Source: Asterionella formosa
Taxonomy: Eukaryota
Direction: 5' to 3'
DNA: 50,261 nt
NCBI GenBank assembly: GCA_002256025.1
Contig: NKIB01013862.1
Coordinates: 1-50,261 of the forward strand
The notes beneath the pieces were generated by a model. The model was not told where the DNA came from. It saw only the letters and a program-made list of their open reading frames with translations, and made no database searches. Position 1 is the stretch's first letter. Each line of letters opens with the position of its first letter. Of the stretch, positions 33,629 to 46,170 are shown one piece after another. Made by a program: the position numbers and the translations under genes.

Positions 33629-33995
33629 GTGAATGGCTCAGTTGGTTGGGCAAGTTGCCTTTGATTTGAAGTTGTGTGGTTCTATGCCGCAATTTTATTG
33701 AGAAGCAATTGTTGGGTTTGACTCCCACCTCCTAACCATCCCACGCGGTCTTGCCTGGTATGCAAGGAAAATGGGCTGCCCCCTACAAGCAGTGTGCCGC
33801 CTCTCTAGACGGTCGGAGTTTCCCCTAACGCTGTGACTAAGACAATCACCTTACTTTTGCGAAAGATGGTTGGGGAATCACCTATGCTAACAAACTAGGG
33901 AGGCACACAGTCTTGTTGGTAGGCCATGCTATAAAAATCCATGTGTAACTCCGTGGTTTTAGAAAGCGCGTTATAAGTGAGTTTTGATTTTTTAA
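33629..33995 (+). mobile_element. tRNA-derived SINE, copy 1
   Basis: 16-bp TSD ataaatagtaggaaag (33613-33628, 33996-34011); A-box TGGCTCAGTTGG at the 5' end; B-box-like GGTTCTATGCC and GGTTTGACTCC; homologous to 37740-38119 (minus). Confidence 0.8.
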
Positions 33996-34042
33996 ATAAA
34001 TAGTAGGAAAGCTATATAATCTAAGTTACAAAATTCGATGAA

Positions 34043-34410
34043 CTACAGGATGTATAATTTTGGTAGTCTGGTGATCATTTCCCTACTCTATATACTGGTA
34101 TACTACACATGACTTGTCCCTTTCTATACTCATGCGACTATAATCCTCCTATAGTAGGACGTAAATTTTGGTAGTCTGCTGATCATTTCCATATTCTATC
34201 TACCGGTGTATCCATGACTCCTCCTCGCATTGATGCGAATACTCATGTGACAATAATCCTACAGGACATATAGCTACTCATGGTAGCCAGGGCGGTGATC
34301 ATTTCTGTATTCTATATGCAGGTGTGTTTAATGGCTGCCCTTTCATGTAATGATAATCCTACATGACATACATTTTTGGTAGTGTGGTGATCGTTTCCAT
34401 GCTCTGAATA
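34043..34410. repeat. Degenerate tandem repeat, ~105-115-bp unit, about 3.5-4 copies
   Basis: Recurring ctacaggacata...ttttggtagt(c/g)tggtgatcatttcc.tattcta near 34060, 34168, 34281 and 34375. Confidence 0.7.
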
Positions 34411-36059
34411 CTGTCGATATGCAACTTTGAATTGATGCATTCGTTCAATCGATTGAAAAAGCGTTTGCAATACCGCAATCATTTCATTAGTGCATTGAAC
34501 CATATCATTAAACTATATCCGTACAGAGATATCGTTAAACTCATATATCTACTTAGATAGGACCAAAACGCAATGTAATGATAACGATCATTCCGACAAA
34601 AATGAGAATCCACGACCTGTGTTTTCACTTCAAGACATTTTGAAATCTAGGAAGAAAATAGAGAAAATGCAATGACTAATTGAATTGGTAGATAAATCAT
34701 TTGTTTAATCATCCAGATCAGATGATTTTTTTCGAACTGGTTTATAATTATCCAGATAAAAGGAATCAGTATGCAAATTCCATTATTGAAGGAAAGGAAG
34801 TTTATATGAACATTTCATTCCAAAACAGTTGAAACAGCTGTTGTCAACTCAAACTCAACCATTGTCATTTAATGAAAATCATCACTTTTAAATCTTCCTG
34901 AGAAAGTAGTGGCGATGTATCGCCAATCAAACCAAGAAAGAAACGAATTGACTTTCTTTCATTATTCCATTGTGCTCGCTCGCTCCAAGAATCTAGATCA
35001 AAGTCTCCACATTTAAATGATGCACAATGGTTCAATATTGTTTGAAGCAGCACGGTCGATTTATAACTGTTATATATTACTTTTCACTTTGAAAAAGTTG
35101 GTTCTCATGCTGATTCAGGAACAGCAATAAACATCGATAGTAACAGCGATGATGTGACGATCATATCATAAACTGTAAACAATAAAAATTGACAGGGTAT
35201 ACATGTGAAATTAAGGAGTCATGAATCAATGAGGTTTTATGTAGAATAAAATAATGATCACATGACTATTATAATTATACGTCCTGTAGTAGTAGTTATC
35301 GTCACATGAGTATACACGCACATGAAGGGAAGGAATCATGTATTCATCAGGGGCGAAGCAGATAGTATTTACTAGTATACATGCATATACATTGTTATTT
35401 ACCCTGAATAAACACATGCATAAAGTCAATTTTACAAAAAGATTTAATGCTTGTGGTAGATATACGATCATTCAATCACACTATAATGATCAACTCATTT
35501 ATGCACTGAGTTGCTTTTGATGTGGCTATAATTATTATAAGATACTCTAAGCAAGTAAACAAAGATTAATAATGATAATGATTAATCTTAAACGTGATAT
35601 CATGATAAAATATTTTTGGTGATCATAATCTTACCAAGATAATATGAGCTTTCTATGTTGATCCATTGTGTACATATAAACACTACCATTATGGCCTTAC
35701 CATTGATATTTTATAATTGTTTGATCATACAAATATGATCATTTAATCATAAATTTATTATCGGTGGTGATGGTAATATGATAATGACTCCTTATTAATC
35801 AATGATAATTTCTAATGCATACATTTCATACTTCTAGTTGTCAGACTATTCTATGCACAAGGGTACAGCTACTCCAGGCAGCAGAAAGACACCATGGATA
35901 AACCCAGTTACTTCATTGACACCAATGTCAATACAAATTCAACAAGTACACCAACAAGTAGCAGTAATTTTGCTCTATCTAATACTACATATGTCTTCAT
36001 ACTGGCAGCAATAGCAAGTGATTCCAATTCCAGAAGGATTCTAATGGTGATCTTTGGCA

Positions 36060-36500
36060 AGATATTGTCTTCGATGTTGTAGTCAATGAGGAGGTGTTGG
36101 ACATGATTGCTGAGGATTGCTCAAAAGATGAAGAAAAAATCGGCTCTGAATGATGCATGTTCCAAAGAAGAGGGAAAGGCATCAGTTTGATCCTGAAACA
36201 TCGAAGAGCTTATTTTTCTACACTAAATACACTGTGAAGGTCGACGAGTGCATCGACAGGACATCTACGTTTAGCATACTATGGAACCCAGTTTCAAGGC
36301 TTGGTTCAGTTTTCAGGGACAGATTTCAGGTCCCCTAAGAAGTCTTTGATCGCATCTGCAGGTACTGTTCCAGTGACGCTTATACCAGTCTTAAGAGTGA
36401 CAATAGGGGACAAGATGAGTCATATGATTGTTGCATCCTTGTCTTAGAAACAATGCGATTTATGGCTAGGGATGGACCTTTTGATTCACTTGATAAACTT
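36060..36500 (+). pseudogene. Probable PIF/Harbinger-type transposase N-terminal relic
   Basis: Reading through one stop gives SRLGSVFRDRFQVP*EVFDRIC...DNRG...ILVLETMRFMARDGPFDSLDKL, resembling the FRRRFR.P...F and 'L..LR.L.RG..FD' segments of Harbinger transposases. No DDE core seen. Confidence 0.5.
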
Positions 36501-37739
36501 ATTTATTATATAATTACTAAATCAATCATTCAAAAACACTACCAGTATTTTCTTTGTCCTCCTCATCAGATGGTGAATTTATGTCATCAGGAGAGCAGCA
36601 TACAACATCAGCATTGAATGCGTTATCAATGAAAGATGTTTGCTGACATCCTCCAACTTGCTTGGTCACTTGCTTTGCAAGATGAAATTGAAACATCACA
36701 TTCGAAAATAATCTTAAGACAAAAATATTTGTTGAACTTGCTTCTTTTCTCTGTCATTGAGAAGCTTGTTGTGTGTTTCAATTTGATTTGCAAGACTCAC
36801 TTGAGTAGCAAGGTCATCAATTGGCTCCTGGATTTACTGTTGATGATTTGAACAGTAAAAAATGTAGATGACAACGACAACAACAGCGAATGTACGAATA
36901 ATGCATATATCGGCGCGCCAATAACACAGCATGCCTGTAGAGTAGATGTGTTAGGATTCATGGGCGCACCAGAATGTTAATAAATCAAGAAGTCAGCATA
37001 GAAAGGATCCAAAAGGTGGGTTGTTGATGATACAACGCACATCATCGTCAACAGAATCATCAATGAAACATTGAGGCATTGCTAACAGCGAAAAAACGCT
37101 CAATATTCACCATCGTCAGCCAGTTTAATCATCTCACGGAATTCTGGCGTGGTAAGGAACAGCTTTTCCAAAAAACTTCTTACAACCACCAAAATGGAAT
37201 TCCAGCATGAAAGGAAATGGGGCATCGGAGAACTACATGCGAATTTCCGACCGTTAAGCAAAGGCCTAAGGTACGAAGACCCATCGTACATATACGGTAT
37301 ACATAGTCGTATAAAAACCACCAGTCTACTCAGCCATGTGCCAAACAAGAAGATCAGGAGTGTACAAAGCAACCTTGCCAATATTTTATCAAATATCGGT
37401 ACGGCTGTTATGATATACTATAAGTGTGGCAAACCCGTATCACTTGCTTGGCATACTGCGGCACATAACCAGTATTATTTTTTTACCGGTATGAACCATT
37501 GGTAGACAGACTGTTGCCAGTAGAAGCTCACTTTCCTCATGTAGTAACATGCTAGTAGGCAGCTACCGGGTATGTACCTTATATGAATTAAGGACTATGT
37601 TTGTTAAGCGAAATATTTCTTATATGTAGTAGATTTGCTTAAACTTGTTTCGGTTAAAGTAGAGCCCATTTGATTAGGCTTTGCTGACAATTAAATTTAA
37701 ATAAAATGGTGGTTGGTGTGGAGTGACTGAAATGCTTAG

Positions 37740-38119
37740 ATACTAAGAGTTAGTATGTTTTATAGCCCATTCATACTCCCCTCTTTCAAGGCATATATTT
37801 CATTGTGCTACCTGCCAACAAGACCTGTGCTTCCCTAGTTTGGTTAGAGTAGGTGAGTACCCAACCACCTTTTGCGAAAGGTGATTGTCTTAGCCGCAGC
37901 GTTAGGGGAAACTCCGACCACCCAGTAAGCAAGGCGGCACAAGCTGCTTGTAGGGGGGCAACCCACTATTTCTTGCACACCAGGCAAGACCGTGCGGGAC
38001 GGTAAGGAGTGTGTGAGTCGAACCCAACAATTGCTTCTCAAAAAAGTTGCGGGAATAGAACCTCACTACCTAAGATCAAAGGCAGCCGATGTGCTTAGTA
38101 ACCACTAAGCCATTCCCTC
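37740..38119 (-). mobile_element. tRNA-derived SINE, copy 2
   Basis: 11-bp TSD gaaatgcttag (37729-37739, 38120-38130); minus-strand A-box TGGCTTAGTGG and B-box-like GGTTCTATTCC and GGTTCGACTC; same core as copy 1. Confidence 0.8.
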
Positions 38120-38501
38120 GAAATGCTTAGCTACCAATATGCCTAAGTCAAATTTATTTAATTCTAGTCATCAATTGTAACAAAATGATGGCAAGTACGG
38201 TTGTTAGCTACGGATGGTTATTGAGAAGCTATGACTTCGTTTTCCCTAAAGTCTAATAAATTGTCTTGTTGCTTGAGTTCACTCGATTAGGTCATGAGCG
38301 TTTTGGGTCACGAACCACAGTCTCCAGTCGATGTACCTGGTACCCGTAGTAACGCACGGAGAATGCTCAGCTGTCCAATGTCAAGAGTACCTGGTACCGT
38401 AATTTATTCCTTCTTTCGCTCAGCCATGCATCTGATCATCGATCATCAACGATTAATTTTCTTATAGCTGCTCCCTTTACACGTACTATTGTTGAGTCCT
38501 C

Positions 38502-40215
38502 ATGTCAGAAGGAAGGAAAGAGAAAACACGGAAGTTTAGGTCTCCTTTGGTGGCATCAGCCGAGTCTGGGAGCACACAGGCGAAGAAAGAAAGAAAAGCC
38601 AAGGAGGACAAGATTCGAAAGCGCAGTCGACATGAGGTTCAGGATGAGGACGACGAGCGCCGTTTGACTGCCATGATCTTTGGTGGAGACTATCAAGGAA
38701 ATATGGAGAAGGAAGAATATCAGGTTGCTTCTCGTGTGACTGCGTCTGAACCAGATGCAAGCTTGGATTTGTTTCGGCTTGATCGAACTGGAGATGAGAT
38801 TTACGACGATGAAGAAGTGCAGCAAAGTGCGAAGCGGGGCGACAACGAGGCGCAGGAGGAAGATGACAGTGAATTAGATGAAGGGGAAAGCTCTGCTAAA
38901 CCCGCATGGGTGGACGACGACGATTTGGAGCTTTCCATTGACCTCATGCAGACAAATAGACTGAGAAAGTTACGTCAGTCGAAACAGGAAGAAGTTGGCC
39001 ACATGGATGGCTCTGAACTAGAGAAGCGACTCAGAAAACGATTTGAAGGTTCAACGATGGCAAATGCTCGCACTGATTGGGCGCGTCTCGATGTACCGAA
39101 GCCCAATGGCGACGACGAGGATATTCTTGGTTCTTCATCGTCCCCTTTGCTGTCGTCAAGCGGTCGACTCCCTTCTCAAATCCTCCAGGTCGTTCGTTGT
39201 CCGGATGCAAACCAAAAGGATTTTAGTAACTCAACTGTACAAGTGGTGCACTTCCATCCTGGATCGGATCCTGATCGTCCTCTGATGTTGACTGCTGGTC
39301 TCGACAAGACTTTACGCTTCTTCTTGGTTGGAGCCGACGACAGTGACAAAATCCATGGCATTCACTTTCCTAGGATGCCAATATACAGTGCCCAATTTCT
39401 TGGTGATACTGGAAAGGTTGCGGTCAGTGGTAGACGTCCTTTCTTTTACATCTATGACATGGTCGCCGGAAAACTTGATTTGGTGCCGAAGATTATGGGA
39501 CGTGACGAAAAGTCTCTCGAGAAGTTCGCAGCTTCCCCCGATGGAAGGACTTTAGCCTTCCTGGGAAATGATGGATACATCATTTTGGTCGATGTCAAAT
39601 CAAAACAGTGGATTGCTGACCTTAAGATGAATGGCAGTGTTCGTGCAGTGACTTTCACGCCAGATTCTGAGCAGATTCTGGCAAGTGGTTCGGATGGTGA
39701 TGTTTATCGGTACGGTGTGATGTTCGCAATTGTGAAAATCAATTTATTATTGATTCCGCTCACCTTGGCATTCTTTCCTCGTGTACAGCTTTGATTTGAG
39801 AACACAACGATGCATAGAACGTTTTTCCAACGAAGACGGTACCATCACTTCGGCACTAGTTGTTTCCAACAAACACATAGCTATTGGCGCTGAAAGTGGT
39901 GTCGTCAACTTGTATAGCGACAGAACATCTGCACGCACTGCTCCCCTCAAATCCATTATGAATTTAAGCACGAACTGTGATTTTGCCAAGTTCAACCATG
40001 ATGGCCAAATCATGGCATTTTCCTCTCGCCGGGAGAAACATGGACTCAAGCTCTTGCATGTTCCATCGCAAACAGTATTTTCGAACTGGCCCACTTCTAA
40101 AACTCCGTTGCAGTACGTTTGGAGTCTGGATTTCTCTCCTCAATCCAAGTTTATGGCAATCGGCAACGATAAAGGGAAGTGTTTGTTATACAAGCTTAAC
40201 CACTACAATGACTAA
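38502..40215 (+). CDS. UTP18: U3 snoRNA-associated protein 18 (WD40); intron 39710-39788
   Basis: Acidic N-terminus with PAWVDDDD, NRLRKLR and DANQ; WD repeats LTAGLDKTLRFF, SGRRPFFYIYD, LKMNGSV, FNHDGQIMA, VFSNWPT, FSPQSKFMAIGNDKGKCLLYKLNHY. A 79-nt GT-AG intron joins the two ORFs in frame. Confidence 0.93.
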
Positions 40216-40460
40216 GAAATTACAATCTTGAACTGTCAGCCAACTAGGTAGTCTATAATTTCTATATGATTGCCTGTTTCATAACAAAGGTTACAAGCTC
40301 AAGCATTCTTCTTATTGGTAGTAACGTCTGCACTTGGACAAGGTGATACGGCAGCGCAAGGGGTCTGAGGGAATCAACAAACAACAGGTGAAGCCGCACG
40401 GAACGACCGCTAGACTAAATCAAGGAAATGAAAAGAATTCATGTCAAATACGTGTCTAAT

Positions 40461-41070
40461 TTATTCGTCGTCTCCTTCGCCTTCGACAACATTACGGGTG
40501 TAGATTCTCTGCGCTCGAGAGATCAAGACTTTCTTGATCTTTCCTTCACTCTCCAAAATACGAAGGGCACGTCGTGCCAAACCTCCATTCATCTTAAGCT
40601 TCTCCACAACGGCGGAAACAGTGATGAGCTTCATTTTTGGGACTTCAGCCAGAAGACGGTCATGTTGTTCCTTGGTAAGAAGGACCTTGTTGTCAACCTT
40701 ATCACGAGCCTTCCCCTTGGACCACTTCTTTTTCTTTCCCTTACCACCCGCCATGGCGGCGGCCATTTTTTGCTCCTTCGACTTTTGTTGGACCTTTGGA
40801 GGCTGTCATTGTTGAAAATAGAAAAGGAAAGCTAAGGGGTGAGTCTGAAGTGACTACTATCATGGGACAGGAATAGTCGCAACCGCAAACAAGTGTGCAG
40901 CCAATAACCTAATCATTGAAAGCAAGCGACAATGGTCCCGCGTTGCGACGGGTGCGGGGTTTGATCCATTACTCTTTTCCTTTCGACGTCCAAACCACAT
41001 TTTTTCCTCGCATGGTCTCTGTCTACCGCAACATGCTTTTCTATGATTCTTGATTCGTTTGACGCACCAT
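40461..41070 (-). CDS. RPS25: 40S ribosomal protein S25 (eS25); exon 1 = ATG only (41068-41070), intron 40803-41067, exon 2 40461-40802
   Basis: M|PPKVQQKSKEQKMAAAMAGGKGKKKKWSKGKARDKVDNKVL...EVPKMKLITVSAVVEKLKMNGGLARRALRIL...QRIYTR; accATG|GTGCGT donor and a pyrimidine-rich ACAG acceptor. Confidence 0.93.
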
Positions 41071-43474
41071 GGTGACAGATTACAATTCGAGACAAACAAG
41101 CGAAACTCAAAGGCGGGTGCTAATGGTGCCGAGGGGTGAGCGTGAGGAGTCCAGTGGTACTATATAAGTGTTTCGTTATAAAATTTTGGTAATCATCTGC
41201 TGTAGAGATGTACGTGAGAAAGTAAGTAACTGGTATACCACTTCTCCCACTGTTCAAGATGCAATTGCTTATTCTTAAAGCACATACCGGTGCGGTAAAT
41301 GTACCTTTCTATGATGGCATACACCCACCAGACTACGGGTATTCTAGTCCGTATTAAAAACACATAATCTGTGCGTTGGGCGTCCTACTGACATACTGGT
41401 AATGAAACCGGTATAGGTGAAATACTTTAATACTAGTATATAGTAAGTACATTGTATGACAGTATCTGGTAGCTGCCGGTATCGGATATTACTGGTAGTT
41501 ATTATGCGTTATATTACCATTATTCTAAGTACCGGTACATTACTACCGGTTTACTATGGCAATCCCCACCCTACATAGCTTTCGTCTTGCTTGCATTTCG
41601 ATGAGAACTGCGGGTGTCTAAGTAATTTTTGGTATCTCTAAGTAATTTCTATTTAGGGGCAATATACAGGGCACAACAAATTCCTCAGCAGTCGAATTTT
41701 AGGTTTGAGAAAGGACCATTGGCGAGCAAAGTCAGGAATAGTAGAATTTTCATGGGAATAGTAGAAATGAAAAAAATCAGCCACAGCCATCAAAAATGCA
41801 TGGAGCAAACGAAAAATGATCACACAAGAATAATTGCAGTAACAAACATCGAAAAATTAAACATGATTTTTAAGCAACCAAAGTGTGAAATAGGAAATGA
41901 ACTACTTGATTTATCAGCAAATGAATACAGTTTGTATGATTCTGGACATTCTGGAAGGTAGCAGAGATGTATATAGTGAAATTGCTATTGACACTTTACA
42001 GTAAACCATCATTTTGTGCGTTCAAATCGTCTGCAAATAGAAAAAAATTATTCGTGTGATGTAGCTTATAATGATGATGATATGATCATATAATTTCAAT
42101 GTGTCATCTAATATGTATAATAATTATTGTCATTGAGAATATTTTTAAGAATAAATATACACGTACATGAATTTATGTAATATTTACCATCACGCTACAA
42201 CAATCAGCAGCAGTTGCTTAATCAGCCAATTGAATTTCATTACTAGGCGATCGAGTGTACGCAATACCACGCTAAAATTGGTATCTATAGGTGATGGAGG
42301 GTAAGCAATAATATGAATGTTCCCATAGAAACAAGATGACATTGGTATCTATAGGTGATGGAGGCGGGTGCCCTGCGGTTGTCAGGATTTAACAAGTGGG
42401 TTCTGGGTAATTATGAGCTTAATGATTAGTGTATCTATATTTGCTCCTAGTCCAAGGGGACTCACAAGGATCTTGATGAGAAGGGTATGTACTTGGTGTC
42501 AGCAAGAGTCCACGCTAGGTGTCATGTTTTAGCCTAGCATTGGTACGTCTCTTCTAGAGGTACATCTGTACCAATAGTTATCACGTAACATATACCTGCA
42601 GGTACATAATCCAATATGTACGACGAGCTACATACTAGTAACCGTGCGCATAGCATCACGTACTAATCATGATCACTCTCGTGTACATGTATATGTACCA
42701 CGTATGGGTTCCATTGTAGTCGTGTGCAAAATGTAAAAGGGTACACCTTTCACTTATGGTTGACGTGGTATACATACTCATTGTGTACTGTGCAAATCAT
42801 TACAGTGAGAGTAAACAAGCATATGGTCTGTATACTAGAAGAGACTATAAGGCTAACGCTATATAGTAGGACTTATACCATCTAATGATATAGTATATCT
42901 AGCGTGGTACATACTGTACCATAGGTCTGAGGGTATGCAGTAACACTGTCACGTAGAAACAGCCCACCATTAGTACCTATATTTACTAACAACATGCATC
43001 ATTTACGAGGACCAGAAAGTGTTATCTGTAAAGTCTTATGTCTATCTCCTATTTGTTCGATCAATGCATATTGATCGTATGATTATAATGTCATTAACAT
43101 AAAAAATGATTGATCAAAATTAATTTTGAGTAGTTAAATTGATGTTAAAAGTAAGATCAAACAGGCTAAATATTGTTATCCATGATTTAATTTTATTGGC
43201 AATCATTTCTAACCAGAATGTGTAATCTGTAATTCATTAAGTTTGATTTGTATATCCTACATTACGGTTAATCAAGACTAAATGATTGATTCCTTCTCAA
43301 GTCATTCAATATAGCTCATTTTTCATTCGGGTTGAAACCACCAATGTCAACAAAATAAAATTGGTAAGTGCTACCATTGGATCAATGCTCAACTGTTAGA
43401 ACATAGCTGATAGATGCGTGTTTTTAATCTTCCAGGATAATTGTGATCAAACATTATTTGTTGTAAGTTATAAA

Positions 43475-44061
43475 TGACATCGGTGGAACAATTTCTTGAT
43501 TCGTACTTCTGCTATATTTGGCCGACACATTATGTTTTAGAAATGTAAGAAAATAAATCCATAATTGGTCAGTCAATCCAGAATGGGAAGGCTCAAGTGT
43601 TTGTTTCTTGTGGTGTAAACAAGCAGTAAATAAATAACAACTTGTTGCTTCTCATTGTCACTATGATTAGGTTATCACAAAATGAATTGTAAATGGATCA
43701 GTATCTTATTTCGGTTAGACCTATTGAAAAGAAGAGGCAGGAGCAAATGGGCAATTAAATATAAAACCGAGCGAAGTAAGGCACAAGAGGATAACTGAGC
43801 AAACAGTGATATGAGGGGAAAGCAGAACAAGGTAAATGAGTTATTGGTGAACAAGTGATTCATTTCGAGGTTGAGTGACAGTGAGAACAGTAGGTTTGCT
43901 TGTCTGCAATCGACGTGAGAATTGTGGGAAGCAAGGGAAAGGCTCAGTCAGCCAAGAAGAGGCGTCACCATTCTCTTCTAGTTTCATTTAGCAAGTGTTT
44001 TCATGGTAGTAGGTCACATTTATAGTCACTTTATGTACACCTATGTACTTGCGCTTCAACA
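43475..44061. repeat. Candidate solo LTR
   Basis: TG...CAACA segment with ATAAA on both flanks and a TATA-like tataaaa; it abuts the truncated RNase H of the Copia remnant. The TSD is AT-rich and may be chance. Confidence 0.3.
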
Positions 44062-46170
44062 ATAAACAGTTTTTTCCACAACACCTTCGATATGATGTCG
44101 TCAATACCGACCAATTCTGCTTCAGTCGAACTTCTCGTGTTCACTTTCTGTTTAATTGACACAGAACGAATAGTTCCTTCATCCAAGTGACAAAGTAGCT
44201 CCACTGTGAATTTAAAATCCTTGTGAATTTCAAATGCCGCGGCATCATGCCACTGAATACTCTCTAAGTGTCATCAGCACTCATAGAGGCATCTCCCATA
44301 GTTGCTTTCAAGAAATTCATAATATTGATTAATTTTGCCCAATCGCCTTCATTTGCTTGGCTCAGTAGTTCGGGTTGCCAGAAATGTGATTCCTGGCTGA
44401 ATGAAATGCCTTCCTCTCTTACAAAGTAACATTCCTTTCATAACAAAATCATGGAATATCTTTGCCTTATCATTTTCCCCTCTCCGATTTTGTATCGATT
44501 GTGAATAGTTTGTCTGCTGAGGGAAATTTTCAAACACTTTAAGTTTATCTGGGAAATCGTCTATCAGTGATTTCACATATTTAGTCATATACACTATCAA
44601 CACCACTCCTGGAAGAGAGTAATCTAGTGTCATAGCCAAGTAATCATGCTTATTTCCATGCATGTCCTTGACTTTACCAATTTCGTCAGAAGCGATTTTT
44701 TTAGCCATTCCAAAAATTGATTGTTCACTTTGCTGTCCATGTGACTAGCTTTCAAATCGCCAACATGCCTAGTAACCGTGTGGTGTTTGCCATTGACAGT
44801 GTGATTTGAAATGCATGGATCAAAAGGATTGAGTTTTCATCCAATTGACTCAATATATTTCCGAAATTTCTTGCAATACAACAATGATGACAGTAACATG
44901 CCATATAGTGCCTTGATCATCCTAACGTATAGTACCTTGCTGTTTACTTCATAAATAACATAGTTTTCAGAAGTCTCAGGGCTGAATTCTATCAATGTAT
45001 TGACAACGAAACCTTGAATCTTCATGATGATTTGTTCCCCATTTTCTTTCTTGTCGATATCCACTTGCACTAGTATTGGTTATATCTGCCATCATGACAT
45101 TGTATCTTTGTTTCACGTCAATCATTGCTGTTATCATAACTGATTCCGTCATGGTGGTGGGTGGGACTAGCTACCTTGTCTCGTTCCATGTATTCTCGTT
45201 GAGAACTGGTGCCATTGGCAAAAACCCTGCCTTGAATACTCTTGTCTCTCTTTTCAACCAAGAAAATTTGGCTTTCCATTGTGCATCGCTTTTCAATCTT
45301 GGTTAGTAGGTCTTCGAAAGCTTCCCTTCTTTCTGCCAAAATTTCTTGAGGCCTTTTGTTAAGCCGTATGATTGAACGAAGTGAAATGCTTTTTTGTTGA
45401 TAGACATCTCATTTCTGTAACACATTGTCATTGCAATCATTTTCTCATTTTCAGGTGTATTCTCTTTTTGACTGTGTGCTTGAGTATGAAATGATTTTGG
45501 GCCATAGTCAGTTTTGTTAGCGGCCTTGATACCCTTCCAGGGCTTGTAATTTTAACGTTTGGGTCCTCTTTGTCATCCTCAGTGCTTGGATTGACTTCTT
45601 CTTCTATAAGTGCCTCTTCGTTTTCAGATACATTTATAGGCTTGTCTTCGCTTTCATTTTGTATTTCATCAGCATTTATTTCAACGTTATTATCGTTGTT
45701 GCCCTCAGGCTTAAGGTCATCCTCTTGGATATTAACATTTTCGAACTCTTCTATTTCAAATATTTCATCCAGAGCCATTTCTATATCGTCGTCTCCGAGG
45801 AGTTATAAATTACTATAATTGTCACTAGCTTGTTGTTGATCATTATAATCTTTGTCTTGTGCACCCTCAAATGATTCATTACCATAGTCCACTCCTCCTG
45901 CATTCCAAGCTCTTCCATAAAATCTTTTTCCAATTCGATAAGATATCTTGAGACTGTCTGGCATCTTTGCTTGCTCAGCAAGGGTGTCTACTTGATTTAT
46001 GATTACCAGAGTAAGAAGAGGTAGCTATTGGAGTAACTATTTGTCTAGTGTCTAGTGATCAGCAAATTCGTTGGGAGATAAAGCAGCTCATTACCTCCCT
46101 GCACGTTGGCTGTCATTGTAGCGTAGCTAAATGCAATCTAACAAGCTGCGTGGTTCATTTGTGTTTGAAA

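Noticed and set aside
33629..38119. The two inverted SINE copies as TIRs of one 4.5-kb transposon, or as real tRNA, SRP or telomerase RNA genes
   Set aside because: Each copy has its own TSD; no complete cloverleaf; no SRP helix-8 motif; the ccctaac match is only 7 nt.
40428..40835. 135-aa plus-strand ORF and similar antisense ORFs over real genes
   Set aside because: Shadow frames of RPS25 and other coding regions.
40803..41067. snoRNA in the relatively long RPS25 intron
   Set aside because: No convincing C box (RTGATGA) with D box (CTGA), and no clear H/ACA layout on the sense strand.
2690..41070. URB2, UTP18 and RPS25 as a ribosome-biogenesis gene cluster
   Set aside because: URB2 is >30 kb from the other two with unrelated genes between; chance cannot be excluded without synteny data.
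42277..42364. CRISPR array
   Set aside because: Only two repeats, eukaryotic context, no cas genes.
42380..42994. GTAC-rich segment as a solo LTR
   Set aside because: Several possible TG...CA boundaries, none with a clean 5-bp TSD, and no second copy in the window.
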